From: an uncultured Holophagae bacterium
Lineage (GTDB): Bacteria > Acidobacteriota > Thermoanaerobaculia > Thermoanaerobaculales > Sulfomarinibacteraceae
DNA length: 64,000 nucleotides
Assembly: GCA_963801995.1 (NCBI GenBank)
Contig: CAWDGW010000014.1
Coordinates: 643,393 to 707,392, forward strand
Direction of reading: 5' to 3'
Part shown: positions 47,591-55,790 of the stretch, piece by piece
How the letters are laid out: every line of letters starts with the position of its first letter
Numbering within the stretch: position 1 is the stretch's first letter
The notes under the pieces: model-generated
What the model was told of the DNA's origin: nothing
What the model saw: the letters and a program-made list of their open reading frames with translations, nothing else
The model's database searches: none
Position numbers and translations under genes: made by a program

Positions 47591-47630
47591 CACCGCGGTG
47601 CGGGTGAACCTGTCGTATGCGTTTCCGATG
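47591..47630 (+). pseudogene. Orphan duplicate of the 3' end of the barrel gene 45602-46513
   Basis: CACCGCGGTGCGGGTGAACCTGTCGTATGCGTTTCCGATG matches 46471-46510 at 36 of 40 positions. All 4 differences are synonymous third positions. It encodes TAVRVNLSYAFPM. Confidence 0.8.
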
Positions 47631-47718
47631 CAGGCCGGATGGACGAAGGAAGACCCGAATCACGCGGCACGCGGAATTCCGCTGCCGAATCGTTGTTGAA
47701 GAGACAAAAGGAGAAAAC

Positions 47719-49275
47719 ATGAAGAAAACACACCTCGTACTCATGGTTGCAGTCGTGGCGTTTGCCGCCGCAGTGCTGCCGGCTGAGGCCGCCGACAAAC
47801 CCAACATCCTGGTTTTATGGGGTGATGATATTGGCATGGAGAATATCAGCCATAACACTCGCGGCATGATGGGTTATATGACGCCCAACATTGACCGTAT
47901 CGCCAAAGAAGGCATAGGTTTCACTGACTATTACGCTCAACAAAGTTGCACGGCAGGTCGAGCGGCTTTTGTCGGCGGTAGTGTCCCTGTCCGTAATGGT
48001 ATGACCAAGGTCGGTTTACCCGGTGCGAAGGAAGGCTGGCAGAAAACGGATGTGACGATGGCCACGGTACTAAAAAGCCAGGGTTACGCCACCGGCCAGT
48101 TTGGCAAAAATCACTTAGGCGATCTCGATGAGCATCTGCCGACGATGCACGGCTTCGACGAATTCATGGGCAATCTCTATCATTTGAATGCCGAAGAAGA
48201 ACCGGAGCACAGAGACTATCCGAAAGATCCCGAGTTTCGCAAAAAGTTTGGCCCGCGCGGGGTGATCCATTCCTGGGCTGATGGCAAGGGTGGACAGAAG
48301 ATTGAAGACACTGGCCTGCTGACCATAAAGCGCATGGAAACAGTTGATGATGAAACTGCAGCAGCTGCTATGAGGTTTATTAGAGAGCAGGTCAGTGCTG
48401 ACATACCATTTTTTGTTTGGTGGAACGGCACGCGCATGCACTTTCGCACCCACTTAAAGGAAGAACATATAGGTATTTCGGGGCAAGATGAATACGGCGA
48501 CGGCATGGTTGAACACGATATGCATGTTGGCGAGTTCCTCAAATTACTGGATGAGCTGGGTGTTGCCGATAACACGATTGTTCAGTATTCCACCGATAAC
48601 GGCGTGCACTACAATTCCTGGCCCGATGCAGGCACCACGCCATTCCGCAGTGAAAAGAACACCAACTGGGAAGGCGCTTACCGTGTGCCTGCCTTTATTC
48701 GTTGGCCCGGTCATTTCCCTGCAGGCGTAACCCTCAATGGTATCGTTTCACACGAAGATTGGCTGCCTACCTTTGCTGCTATCGCCGGTGCGCCCGACAT
48801 CAAGGAAAAGCTTTTGAAGGGTGTAGAGCTCAATGGTCGCACTTACAGAAACTTCATTGATGGCTATAACCAGCTCGATTACCTGACGGGCACGGTGAAA
48901 GAGTCGCCACGCCTTGAGTTCGTCTATGTAAATGATACCGCCGAGATTGTTGCTGTCCGCTGGAACGACTGGAAGATTACCTTCCAGGTGATGCGTGCTA
49001 AAACAATGGCTCTCTGGCTGGAACCATTTGTCACATTGCGCGCCCCATTGATTTTCAATCTGCGACGCGATCCGTATGAAAGAGCCCAGGAAAACTCGAA
49101 CACCTATTACGACTGGTGGCTCGATCACGCTTTTGCCATTGCGCCAAGCGCCGCACTGGTTGGGGAGTTCCTCATGACCTTCAAGGACTACCCGCCCAGC
49201 CAAACAGCAGGTTCGTTCAATTTGACGAAGATGCAGCAACAGATCGAAGAAATGAATAAGGGCACCACGCACTAG
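47719..49275 (+). CDS. Arylsulfatase (formylglycine-dependent family, C-T-A-G-R active-site variant), Sec signal; compositionally atypical
   Basis: RBS AAAGGAGAAAAC. Motifs: NILVLWGDDIG, QQSCTAGRAAF, GKNHLGD and YSTDNG. It is visibly lower in GC than its neighbours (hand counts of 27/60 and 31/60 in two sequence lines). Confidence 0.85.
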   Translation: MKKTHLVLMVAVVAFAAAVLPAEAADKPNILVLWGDDIGMENISHNTRGMMGYMTPNIDRIAKEGIGFTDYYAQQSCTAGRAAFVGGSVPVRNGMTKVGLPGAKEGWQKTDVTMATVLKSQGYATGQFGKNHLGDLDEHLPTMHGFDEFMGNLYHLNAEEEPEHRDYPKDPEFRKKFGPRGVIHSWADGKGGQKIEDTGLLTIKRMETVDDETAAAAMRFIREQVSADIPFFVWWNGTRMHFRTHLKEEHIGISGQDEYGDGMVEHDMHVGEFLKLLDELGVADNTIVQYSTDNGVHYNSWPDAGTTPFRSEKNTNWEGAYRVPAFIRWPGHFPAGVTLNGIVSHEDWLPTFAAIAGAPDIKEKLLKGVELNGRTYRNFIDGYNQLDYLTGTVKESPRLEFVYVNDTAEIVAVRWNDWKITFQVMRAKTMALWLEPFVTLRAPLIFNLRRDPYERAQENSNTYYDWWLDHAFAIAPSAALVGEFLMTFKDYPPSQTAGSFNLTKMQQQIEEMNKGTTH

Positions 49276-49307
49276 TAGTTGCAAACAGCATGCACATCTG
49301 GACCCAC

Positions 49308-49334
49308 CCCGGGGGCCGTGTGGCCCCCGGGTTT
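49308..49334 (+). terminator. Rho-independent terminator
   Basis: CCCGGGGGCC-GTGT-GGCCCCCGGG forms a 10-bp GC stem followed by TTT. It lies 33 nt after the sulfatase stop. Confidence 0.7.
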
Positions 49335-49406
49335 GATGCTCCCGGCGTCGATTCGGCCTCGGTTCGAACCGTTGCCGAGGCCCGACTCTGAGGGAAGGAA
49401 GAACAC

Positions 49407-50270
49407 ATGAAATCAGCGATAGCTGCCCTGCTTTTTACCACGCTGTCCATGCTGCCGGCTCTGCCCGGCTGGTCGGACGAGCCGACCCCGGGCGACGGTT
49501 CCCACGCTTCCCACGCTTCCGGGCACGAGGCTGACCACGCCGAGCCGAATCGAGGCTTCCGGCTTGGACGGCAGGCAAGCTGGATATTCGGCAGCTTCCT
49601 GGAGGACGAAAGCGGCGACAACCTTACCCTCGGGCTCGAGTTCGAATCGTACTTCAGTCTCGGGGGCTACGAGGTCAAGAATATCTCCTATTTCGAGGTG
49701 GCGAGCTATGCCCGAGGGGTGCCGGGGCAACCAGCGGGCAACCCCGAACCCGGCGTCGAACCGGCCGATGGGATCACCGATCTGCTGACCGCGTTCTGGT
49801 TTTCAAAAAAGGGTGCGCACCACGGCAAGCACCACTTTTCACTGGGTTTTGCGGCGCAGTTTCCGACCGCCGCCGACGTCACTCTCGGCAGCGGCAAGTA
49901 CTCGCTCGGTCCGAGCTTCGACTACGAGTACTCCAGCGGCCGCTGGTTCGCCGGCGCCATTGCGCTGCAGCTGTGGTCGGTGGCCGGAGACGAAAATCGC
50001 AAGAGCCTCAGCATGCTCATGATCAAGCCGTTCGCCTACTTCACCATCAACGAACGATGGGATCTGATGTACGTGCCCTACGGAATTCAGGTCTACTGGA
50101 ACAAGGCGTCGGGCGACAAGGTCTATCTGCCCGTCGGCGGCGGGGCTCAGCGGAAGATCAACCTCGGATCGACGCAGATGGATCTCGGCCTGGCTGCGTA
50201 CTACAACGTGATCCGACCAACGAAAGGCACTGTATGGGATCTCCGGCTGCTCGTCGAATTCAACTTTTGA
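49407..50270 (+). CDS. Outer-membrane beta-barrel (same family as 50285-51115)
   Basis: It has a signal peptide and the motif FPTAADVTLGSGKYSLGP. The C-terminus is LRLLVEFNF. Confidence 0.55.
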   Translation: MKSAIAALLFTTLSMLPALPGWSDEPTPGDGSHASHASGHEADHAEPNRGFRLGRQASWIFGSFLEDESGDNLTLGLEFESYFSLGGYEVKNISYFEVASYARGVPGQPAGNPEPGVEPADGITDLLTAFWFSKKGAHHGKHHFSLGFAAQFPTAADVTLGSGKYSLGPSFDYEYSSGRWFAGAIALQLWSVAGDENRKSLSMLMIKPFAYFTINERWDLMYVPYGIQVYWNKASGDKVYLPVGGGAQRKINLGSTQMDLGLAAYYNVIRPTKGTVWDLRLLVEFNF

Positions 50271-50284
50271 AGAGGGACGAAGTC

Positions 50285-51115
50285 GTGCGCAGCAGTCATC
50301 GGCACGAGGTTGCGTTCGGCCGATGGCTCGTTTCGCTTGTGGTGCTGGTGGCGTTGTGGATCCCGGCGGCCGGCGCGAAAGACGGTGAGGCACGGCTCTG
50401 GGTGCTGCCGTTCGAGGTCGATGCCGATTCCGGCGCCGCCAACGGTGATGCCGTCATCGGCCGCTTTCTGCCGCTCAACACGATCTATATCAGCGAAGAC
50501 TGGAAGCTGGTCAACATTGCCATCGTGACGGTTGCTGACGCCCCAGGAGGGCGGCCCGGCCAGCCCGGTAATCCTGATCCAGTGCCCGGACCCAAGGTCT
50601 TCGGGCTCGGCGATTTCACCGATGCCGTCTTGCTGTCTCCAAACACGACGCGCAAGTTCCAGTGGAGCGTCGGCTTCGCCCTCGGAGTTCCCACCGCCAC
50701 CGACCCCGCCCTCGGCAGCGGCAAGTGGCAGGCCGGGCCGGCCGTTCGGCTGAGCTACGTGACGGGCGGTTGGAGGTTCGGGTTGTTGGCCACCAATCGG
50801 TGGTCGTTTGCGGGCGATTCGGAGCGCGCTGACACCGACCAGCTGCTGGCACGCGGTCTTGTCCGATGGGCGTTCGTGGGGCGCTGGTTCCTGGTTTCCA
50901 CGCCCATGATTACCTCCAATTGGAACGCAGCGTCCGGCCAGCAGTGGCTGATTCCTCTCGGTGGTGGAGTCGGGCGGAGCTTTCCTCTTCGTGTCGGGAG
51001 CGTGAATGTTTCGCTGCAGGCCTATGCCAACGTCGTCAAACCGGAAGGGGCGCCGGACTCGGTGCTCAGGCTGGGCGTGACCTTGCCATTCAAGCTGCCC
51101 GATCGAGATCGCTAG
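50285..51115 (+). CDS. Outer-membrane beta-barrel (paralog of 49407-50270)
   Basis: The motif VPTATDPALGSGKWQAGP parallels the neighbouring gene. The GTG start is uncertain. Confidence 0.45.
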   Translation: MRSSHRHEVAFGRWLVSLVVLVALWIPAAGAKDGEARLWVLPFEVDADSGAANGDAVIGRFLPLNTIYISEDWKLVNIAIVTVADAPGGRPGQPGNPDPVPGPKVFGLGDFTDAVLLSPNTTRKFQWSVGFALGVPTATDPALGSGKWQAGPAVRLSYVTGGWRFGLLATNRWSFAGDSERADTDQLLARGLVRWAFVGRWFLVSTPMITSNWNAASGQQWLIPLGGGVGRSFPLRVGSVNVSLQAYANVVKPEGAPDSVLRLGVTLPFKLPDRDR

Positions 51116-51211
51116 CTGGTTCATCGTGGTTCTCCGATACCCTCGTGGCCGTGTCCATCGTCGTCAAACGGTGGGGCCCCCGGGAGTACCAATGTCCGAG
51201 AGGAGCTTCCA

Positions 51212-51841
51212 ATGAGCGACAACATCCATATCGCGACATCTCGCAACCAGCTCGTGCGATTGGCGACCCTGACCGACGTGGTCTACGCGGTGGGTCTGGT
51301 ACTGGTCATCCAGTGGCTGCCCATGCCCGAAGAGAGTCACTCGGGCGGTGTGGTCTGGCTGATGGACCTGTTTGCGGAGTACACGACAAACATCGTGGCG
51401 GTTTTGATCGGTCTGGTCTTCGTCATTCTCTACTGGATCCGCTCCAACACCCTGCTCTCCGCCCTCGACTGCACCGACGGCGTGCACACCGGCCTGTCCA
51501 TCGCCTCGGTCTTCTTCCTCCTCCTGCTGCTCTACATAGTGCGTGTAAGCGCCGAGGTGGCGGCGCCGAGCCGCCGGGCGGGTGAGAGTGTTGCCGTGGC
51601 CTTGATCGGCATCGCGGCGGGTTTGGCGTGGTGGTGGGCGCGCAGGAAGAAGTTGGTCCGCGAGGGATCCACCTACGAGGAACGGGTGGGCGTTCAGCTC
51701 GAGGCCTTCTCCGAACCGGTGGCCGCGCTGATCAGCCTGCCCTTCGCCTTTGTCGGTGAGCTGGCTTGGAATCTCTCGTGGCTGGTCATCATCCCGGTGA
51801 CGGCGGTTCTGCGACGCAGGGCGCGCCGGATGTTGTCGTGA
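51212..51841 (+). CDS. TMEM175/DUF1211-family putative potassium channel
   Basis: 209 aa with about 6 TM helices. The TM1 motif RLATLTDVVYAVGLVLVI resembles the family signature R...FSDGVFAIAITLL. Confidence 0.5.
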   Translation: MSDNIHIATSRNQLVRLATLTDVVYAVGLVLVIQWLPMPEESHSGGVVWLMDLFAEYTTNIVAVLIGLVFVILYWIRSNTLLSALDCTDGVHTGLSIASVFFLLLLLYIVRVSAEVAAPSRRAGESVAVALIGIAAGLAWWWARRKKLVREGSTYEERVGVQLEAFSEPVAALISLPFAFVGELAWNLSWLVIIPVTAVLRRRARRMLS

Positions 51842-51926
51842 CGGGTAGCTCTTGGCGTCGAGGTCTGAAACCGGCTTAGAATGACTCGTACGGCATGACA
51901 GCAAGACCAGAGAGAAGGAGATCCTT

Positions 51927-52643
51927 ATGAAATCGTCGGCCAGATTCCGAGTCGCCTTTGTTGCCTGTATCGCGCTGGCGACGTTCATCACCGCCCCGGC
52001 CGAGGCGCAACGCACCTTCGAGCCGCTCTTCGACAAGTTCAACGTCTCGGCGCAATTCAGCTGGGTCGACCTCAGCACCGAGATCGGCCTCGACTCCGAG
52101 ACTCTCGGCACGGGCACGACGCTCAAGTTCGAGGATCAACTCGGGTTGGCATCCTCCAAGGCGGTCCCGACCCTCGCCTTCGAGTGGCAGATCGCCCGCA
52201 AGCACCGCCTCGCGGTGCGCTGGCAAGACATCACCCGCGGCTCCACAGCGCAGGCTCTGACCGAGATCCAGTGGGGCGACGAGATCATCCCCGTCGATGC
52301 GGGGATCACCCTCGCCTTCGACATGACCCAGTACTTCATCGATTACACCTACTACCCGTGGGTCAAGGAGAAGTGGGCGCTCGGCTTTGGACTCGGAATC
52401 CGATGGATGGACCTGAAGGCCGAGCTGCAGTGGGAAGAAGCGACCCTCGGGATGGGTTTTGGACTCATCGTTCCGACGGGTGATCCTGCCAAGGGTACCG
52501 GCGCCGACCGGTGGGTTGCGATCCCGACTCTGGGATGGGTCTTTCCCATCGGCGAGAGGTTCGCGATCCAGCAGGGCGGCTTCGTCAGGGACTCGGACCA
52601 GTTCGGCGAGATCACCTTGCACTTCGTGCTGCCGTGGGGATGA
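51927..52643 (+). CDS. Chimeric outer-membrane barrel gene (N-terminal ~170 aa paralogous to 54218-55078, with an unrelated C-terminus)
   Basis: Residues 1-~172 align with the 54218 protein (AEAQR.FEPLFDKFN...TGTTLKFED...AFEWQI.R.HRL.VRWQDI.RGS.AQALTEI.WGDEIIP.DA). The tail GFGLIVPTGDPAKGTGADRWVAIPTLG resembles the mid-region of the 49407/50285 family. Confidence 0.55.
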   Translation: MKSSARFRVAFVACIALATFITAPAEAQRTFEPLFDKFNVSAQFSWVDLSTEIGLDSETLGTGTTLKFEDQLGLASSKAVPTLAFEWQIARKHRLAVRWQDITRGSTAQALTEIQWGDEIIPVDAGITLAFDMTQYFIDYTYYPWVKEKWALGFGLGIRWMDLKAELQWEEATLGMGFGLIVPTGDPAKGTGADRWVAIPTLGWVFPIGERFAIQQGGFVRDSDQFGEITLHFVLPWG

Positions 52644-52665
52644 AACCACCCTGGACTCCCTCGGG

Positions 52666-53721
52666 TCACTGCCACAGGAACGACAGCACACCGACCAGAA
52701 CCACCAGGATCGGGAAAATCCACCGCATCACCAAATCGACCCGCCGGGCCGTCGCCGTCCGTCCCGTCTTGGCCAGGTGCGAGGTAATCACCACCTCCAC
52801 CAGGCCGACCGCCACCATGACGGTGGAGACCAGGATGAAAATATCCATACGCGTGAGGTAGGGAATCTTCGGCAGATCGGCCCCGATCGCGAACCGGTAG
52901 GCGATCAGCGTCAGCATCGCGCTCGACGCCACGCCGATCTGGACGCCGCCCTCCTCAGGATCGATCCAGAACACCGACGTGGCCATGATCAGGATCATCA
53001 GCAACGGGATGATCACCTTGATGGCGTAGTAGTTGGACTCCCGGCTCGCGACAAAGGAGAAGGTCCAGGCCGATGTTCCCGTGTCCCCGGGTATCGGTTC
53101 GTAAACCCCGGCTCGGACCTTCCACGAATCGAGCGCCCAATCTTGAAGCGACAGGACCTGGGCAACGCCGCTGGCCCGCAGGGGGCTTTGCACAAAGGCC
53201 ACCTCGGAGGTAGGAGATTCCACCGCACCGAACACAATGTCGAATTGCTGGGTGTCGAAAGGGAACGCCCGCAGGTCAAGCCGCTGGGAGAAAGCCCCCC
53301 ACGCGCGCTGCCGATAGGTTACGGTTCCGTCCCGCTGCACCTCTACCACCGAGGGCATGCTCTCCCAGAGCTTCTGCTGGTTCACTAATTGAACATTCGG
53401 ATTCCATACGCTGCCGAGGGAATATCTTCGAACCCCTGCGGAGGCATGGGTCAGGCGCGGGTCCTTCCAGCTCAGGTCATAGTAGAGGTTGACGGTGAAG
53501 GCCTGCTCGGCGCTGTCTATTTCATCGATATCCACCAGGAAGACGCTGACCTCGACCTCGGTGGGACCGCCGGATTCCGGCGCCGGCCGTGAGACGTCGA
53601 GGTCGGCAAAACACGGGTTGAGCCATGCGAGCCATGACACCACGATCACGAGGAGGCTTCGCCCCCGCACCCGGTTAGTGATTCCATTTATACCGTTCAT
53701 CGCTCCCCACCTTCGCGCCAC
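52666..53721 (-). CDS. Prokaryotic pentameric ligand-gated ion channel (Cys-loop receptor superfamily, GLIC/ELIC-like)
   Basis: It has a signal peptide and a beta-rich extracellular domain with FLVDIDEIDSAEQAFTVNLYYDLSWKDPRL and the loop-7 FPFDTQ motif. Four TM helices follow, with a short M3-M4 loop. Confidence 0.8.
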   Translation of the reverse strand: MARRWGAMNGINGITNRVRGRSLLVIVVSWLAWLNPCFADLDVSRPAPESGGPTEVEVSVFLVDIDEIDSAEQAFTVNLYYDLSWKDPRLTHASAGVRRYSLGSVWNPNVQLVNQQKLWESMPSVVEVQRDGTVTYRQRAWGAFSQRLDLRAFPFDTQQFDIVFGAVESPTSEVAFVQSPLRASGVAQVLSLQDWALDSWKVRAGVYEPIPGDTGTSAWTFSFVASRESNYYAIKVIIPLLMILIMATSVFWIDPEEGGVQIGVASSAMLTLIAYRFAIGADLPKIPYLTRMDIFILVSTVMVAVGLVEVVITSHLAKTGRTATARRVDLVMRWIFPILVVLVGVLSFLWQ

Positions 53722-53794
53722 CCCGGCCGCATGTCAATTGCGACCCAGCCGAACAAGAGCTGTCACCGGCGACGAATCCGGTAGGGCGGGAAGC

Positions 53795-53869
53795 TGGACG
53801 GCCGGTCGGGCTGCTTTCATCACAGGACAGACACCGATGCGTACCGGTCTGACCAGGGTGGGCTTGACT
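53795..53869 (+). pseudogene. 25-codon sulfatase active-site remnant
   Basis: WTAGRAAFITGQTPMRTGLTRVGLT resembles SCTAGRAAFVGGSVPVRNGMTKVGL of the 47719 sulfatase. The catalytic Cys codon now reads TGG. Confidence 0.5.
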
Positions 53870-53947
53870 GCTGCGCGTCGGTCTTCAGAAAGAAGATCCG
53901 AGGCCGACGGCGTCCAGCGCGACACCATCCAGCGGAACTGGCGGATC

Positions 53948-54082
53948 TTCGCCATGGTGGCCTATCCCATCACGCCGACCCAGGGTGTGAGCCTGTCTAT
54001 CGGCAGCGGGGGCAACGCCGGCGCGGGAACCGACTTCGACGCCATTACGCTCGGCTATCAGGTGGCGTGGGGGGGCGGATGA
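53948..54082 (+). pseudogene. Possible C-terminal fragment of an OM barrel gene
   Basis: FAMVAYPITPTQGVSLSIGSGGNAGAGTDFDAITLGYQVAWGGG* is a beta-strand-like terminus with no upstream gene body. Confidence 0.3.
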
Positions 54083-54084
54083 AA

Positions 54085-54114
54085 CCGTATCCGTACCCGT
54101 ACCCGTTCCCGAAC
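54085..54114. repeat. Hexamer tandem repeat (CCGTAC-type x5)
   Basis: CCGTAT CCGTAC CCGTAC CCGTTC CCGAAC. Confidence 0.9.
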
Positions 54115-54217
54115 AATCCCCTTCCAGAACAGCCCGAGGTTGCTGTAAAGTCGGTACCGAGATCGCAGGACGCGGTATGATGGGCCGACACGACGGACCG
54201 AACAGAAGGAGTCAGTT

Positions 54218-55078
54218 TTGAAATATTCAATCAAAAATCTGGTGGTATCGACTGCCTGCTTCGCGATGATCCTCGTGGTCACTGCACCGGCCGAGGCCCA
54301 GCGCGATTTCGAGCCACTGTTCGACAAGTTCAACCTCAGGCTCGAGGGCAGCTGGGTTGGGTTGTCGACCGAGATCCGACTCGACTCGGAGGCCCTTGGC
54401 ACAGGAACCACCCTCAAGTTCGAGGATGATCTCAATCTTGCCAGCAGCAAGACCATTCCCTCGTTGGCCTTCGAGTGGCAGATCAGCCGTCGTCACCGTC
54501 TCGGCGTCCGATGGCAGGACATCAATCGTGGTTCTTCGGCTCAAGCCTTGACTGAGATCATATGGGGCGATGAGATCATCCCCATTGACGCGCAGATCGG
54601 GCTGGGCTTCGATGTGACCCAGTTCTTTGTCGACTGGACCTACTATCCCTGGGTCAAGGAGCGGTGGGCTGCGGGTTTTGGCCTGGGTCTTCGTGTCATG
54701 GAGTTGTCGGCGACTCTAGCCTGGAACCTGGACCAGGGCGATAACCAAGGCGAGGGAACTTCCGACGTGGCGGGCACCGGTCCGCTGCCCTATATCAATT
54801 TCGAGTACCGGAGGCTGTTCTCCGATCACTGGCGATTCACGGCCGGGCTTGGTTGGCTGTACGTCAGTATCGAAGACATTTCGGGTGGCCAGTGGATCGG
54901 TCGCCTCGGCATCGAGTATCTGCTGGGCAGACACTGGGGCTTCGGCGCCGCGGTCAACCTCGCCACCATCGATGTGGACTGGGACGGAATCGACACCGAA
55001 CAAAACGGCAGTCTTTTGAGCGCATCCATCGCGTACGACATCAACGATTTCAGCGTGTTCGTACGGTTTCGATTCTGA
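54218..55078 (+). CDS. Outer-membrane beta-barrel protein (full-length paralog of 51927)
   Basis: TTG start after AAGGAG. It has a signal peptide ..APAEAQ and a C-terminal FSVFVRFRF. Confidence 0.6.
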   Translation: MKYSIKNLVVSTACFAMILVVTAPAEAQRDFEPLFDKFNLRLEGSWVGLSTEIRLDSEALGTGTTLKFEDDLNLASSKTIPSLAFEWQISRRHRLGVRWQDINRGSSAQALTEIIWGDEIIPIDAQIGLGFDVTQFFVDWTYYPWVKERWAAGFGLGLRVMELSATLAWNLDQGDNQGEGTSDVAGTGPLPYINFEYRRLFSDHWRFTAGLGWLYVSIEDISGGQWIGRLGIEYLLGRHWGFGAAVNLATIDVDWDGIDTEQNGSLLSASIAYDINDFSVFVRFRF

Positions 55079-55238
55079 GCCGCCGATGGGCTGAGTTTCG
55101 AACCCTCGATACTCGATTTTGGATGCCGGATCCCCCGCCCGTCCATCTCTGGTGGCCGGATTTTTCCGGTGTGCCGGTCGCTGGCCGCTAGCCCGACCAT
55201 TCCGCAGAGCTTGATTTGAGCGTGAAGGAGGGAATCGG

Positions 55239-55790
55239 ATGAGGATGCGATCTTTGTTGATGGCCGTCGTCGGCGTTGCGGGCTTGGCAATGATGATTGC
55301 GTGTGCGGCTCCGGTTCCGCCGGACACGCCCGAACTGCGAATCGAAAAGGCGGGCGAACTGGCCGCGCTCGAACTCAACGACGGCGGCGGCTACGAGGAG
55401 ACCCTCGATCTCGGCGCCTCATTCGCTGGGGACGCCACCAGTGATGCGCTCGTACTCGAACTGGGGAGAGAGCTCACCGACGAAGAGGAACTCCAGGTCC
55501 GTGCGGTGATGCGAAACGCCCTCGCCGAGGTTCTGACACCGGAGGAATGGCAACGGGCAGCCGCCGGAATCTACGCCGCGAACTTCACAGTGGCTGAGCT
55601 CGACGCCGCCATCGACTTCTACACGTCGCCAGTTGGGGCCAAGGTGCTCGGTTTGCAGAACACGCTGGATCAACAAATGGGCGATGCCGTCGACATCGTG
55701 ATCGATGCTCGTCTCGATGAGCTGACCGCAAAAATCGATGGCGGTCTGGCCGAACTCTTCCCGGATCTCGATGAAGGGGCGGAGGGATGA
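55239..55790 (+). CDS. DUF2059 domain lipoprotein
   Basis: It has a lipobox-like LAMMIAC and the DUF2059 core YAANFTVAELDAAIDFYTSPVGAKVL. Confidence 0.55.
   Translation: MRMRSLLMAVVGVAGLAMMIACAAPVPPDTPELRIEKAGELAALELNDGGGYEETLDLGASFAGDATSDALVLELGRELTDEEELQVRAVMRNALAEVLTPEEWQRAAAGIYAANFTVAELDAAIDFYTSPVGAKVLGLQNTLDQQMGDAVDIVIDARLDELTAKIDGGLAELFPDLDEGAEG

Noticed and set aside
47655-47690. A sigma-54-like GGCACGCGG motif upstream of the low-GC sulfatase gene.
   Set aside because: The -12 position reads TTCC rather than (T/G)TGC at the required spacing. The region is better described as a 12-bp palindrome GCGGAATTCCGC with CCGAAT-like half sites.
46471-49334. An integron cassette or integrase-mediated genomic islet.
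   Set aside because: No integrase, transposase, attC-like structure or tRNA target is present in the window. I kept only the observable duplicated gene end and the compositional anomaly as findings.
52666-53721. Eukaryotic contamination as the source of the Cys-loop-receptor-like gene, and likewise of the plant-like HPR at 39129-40274.
   Set aside because: Both genes have the host's high-GC codon usage, have no introns, and are flanked by bacterial genes on the same contig. The channel also has the short M3-M4 loop and lacks the Cys-loop cysteines, as prokaryotic pLGICs do.
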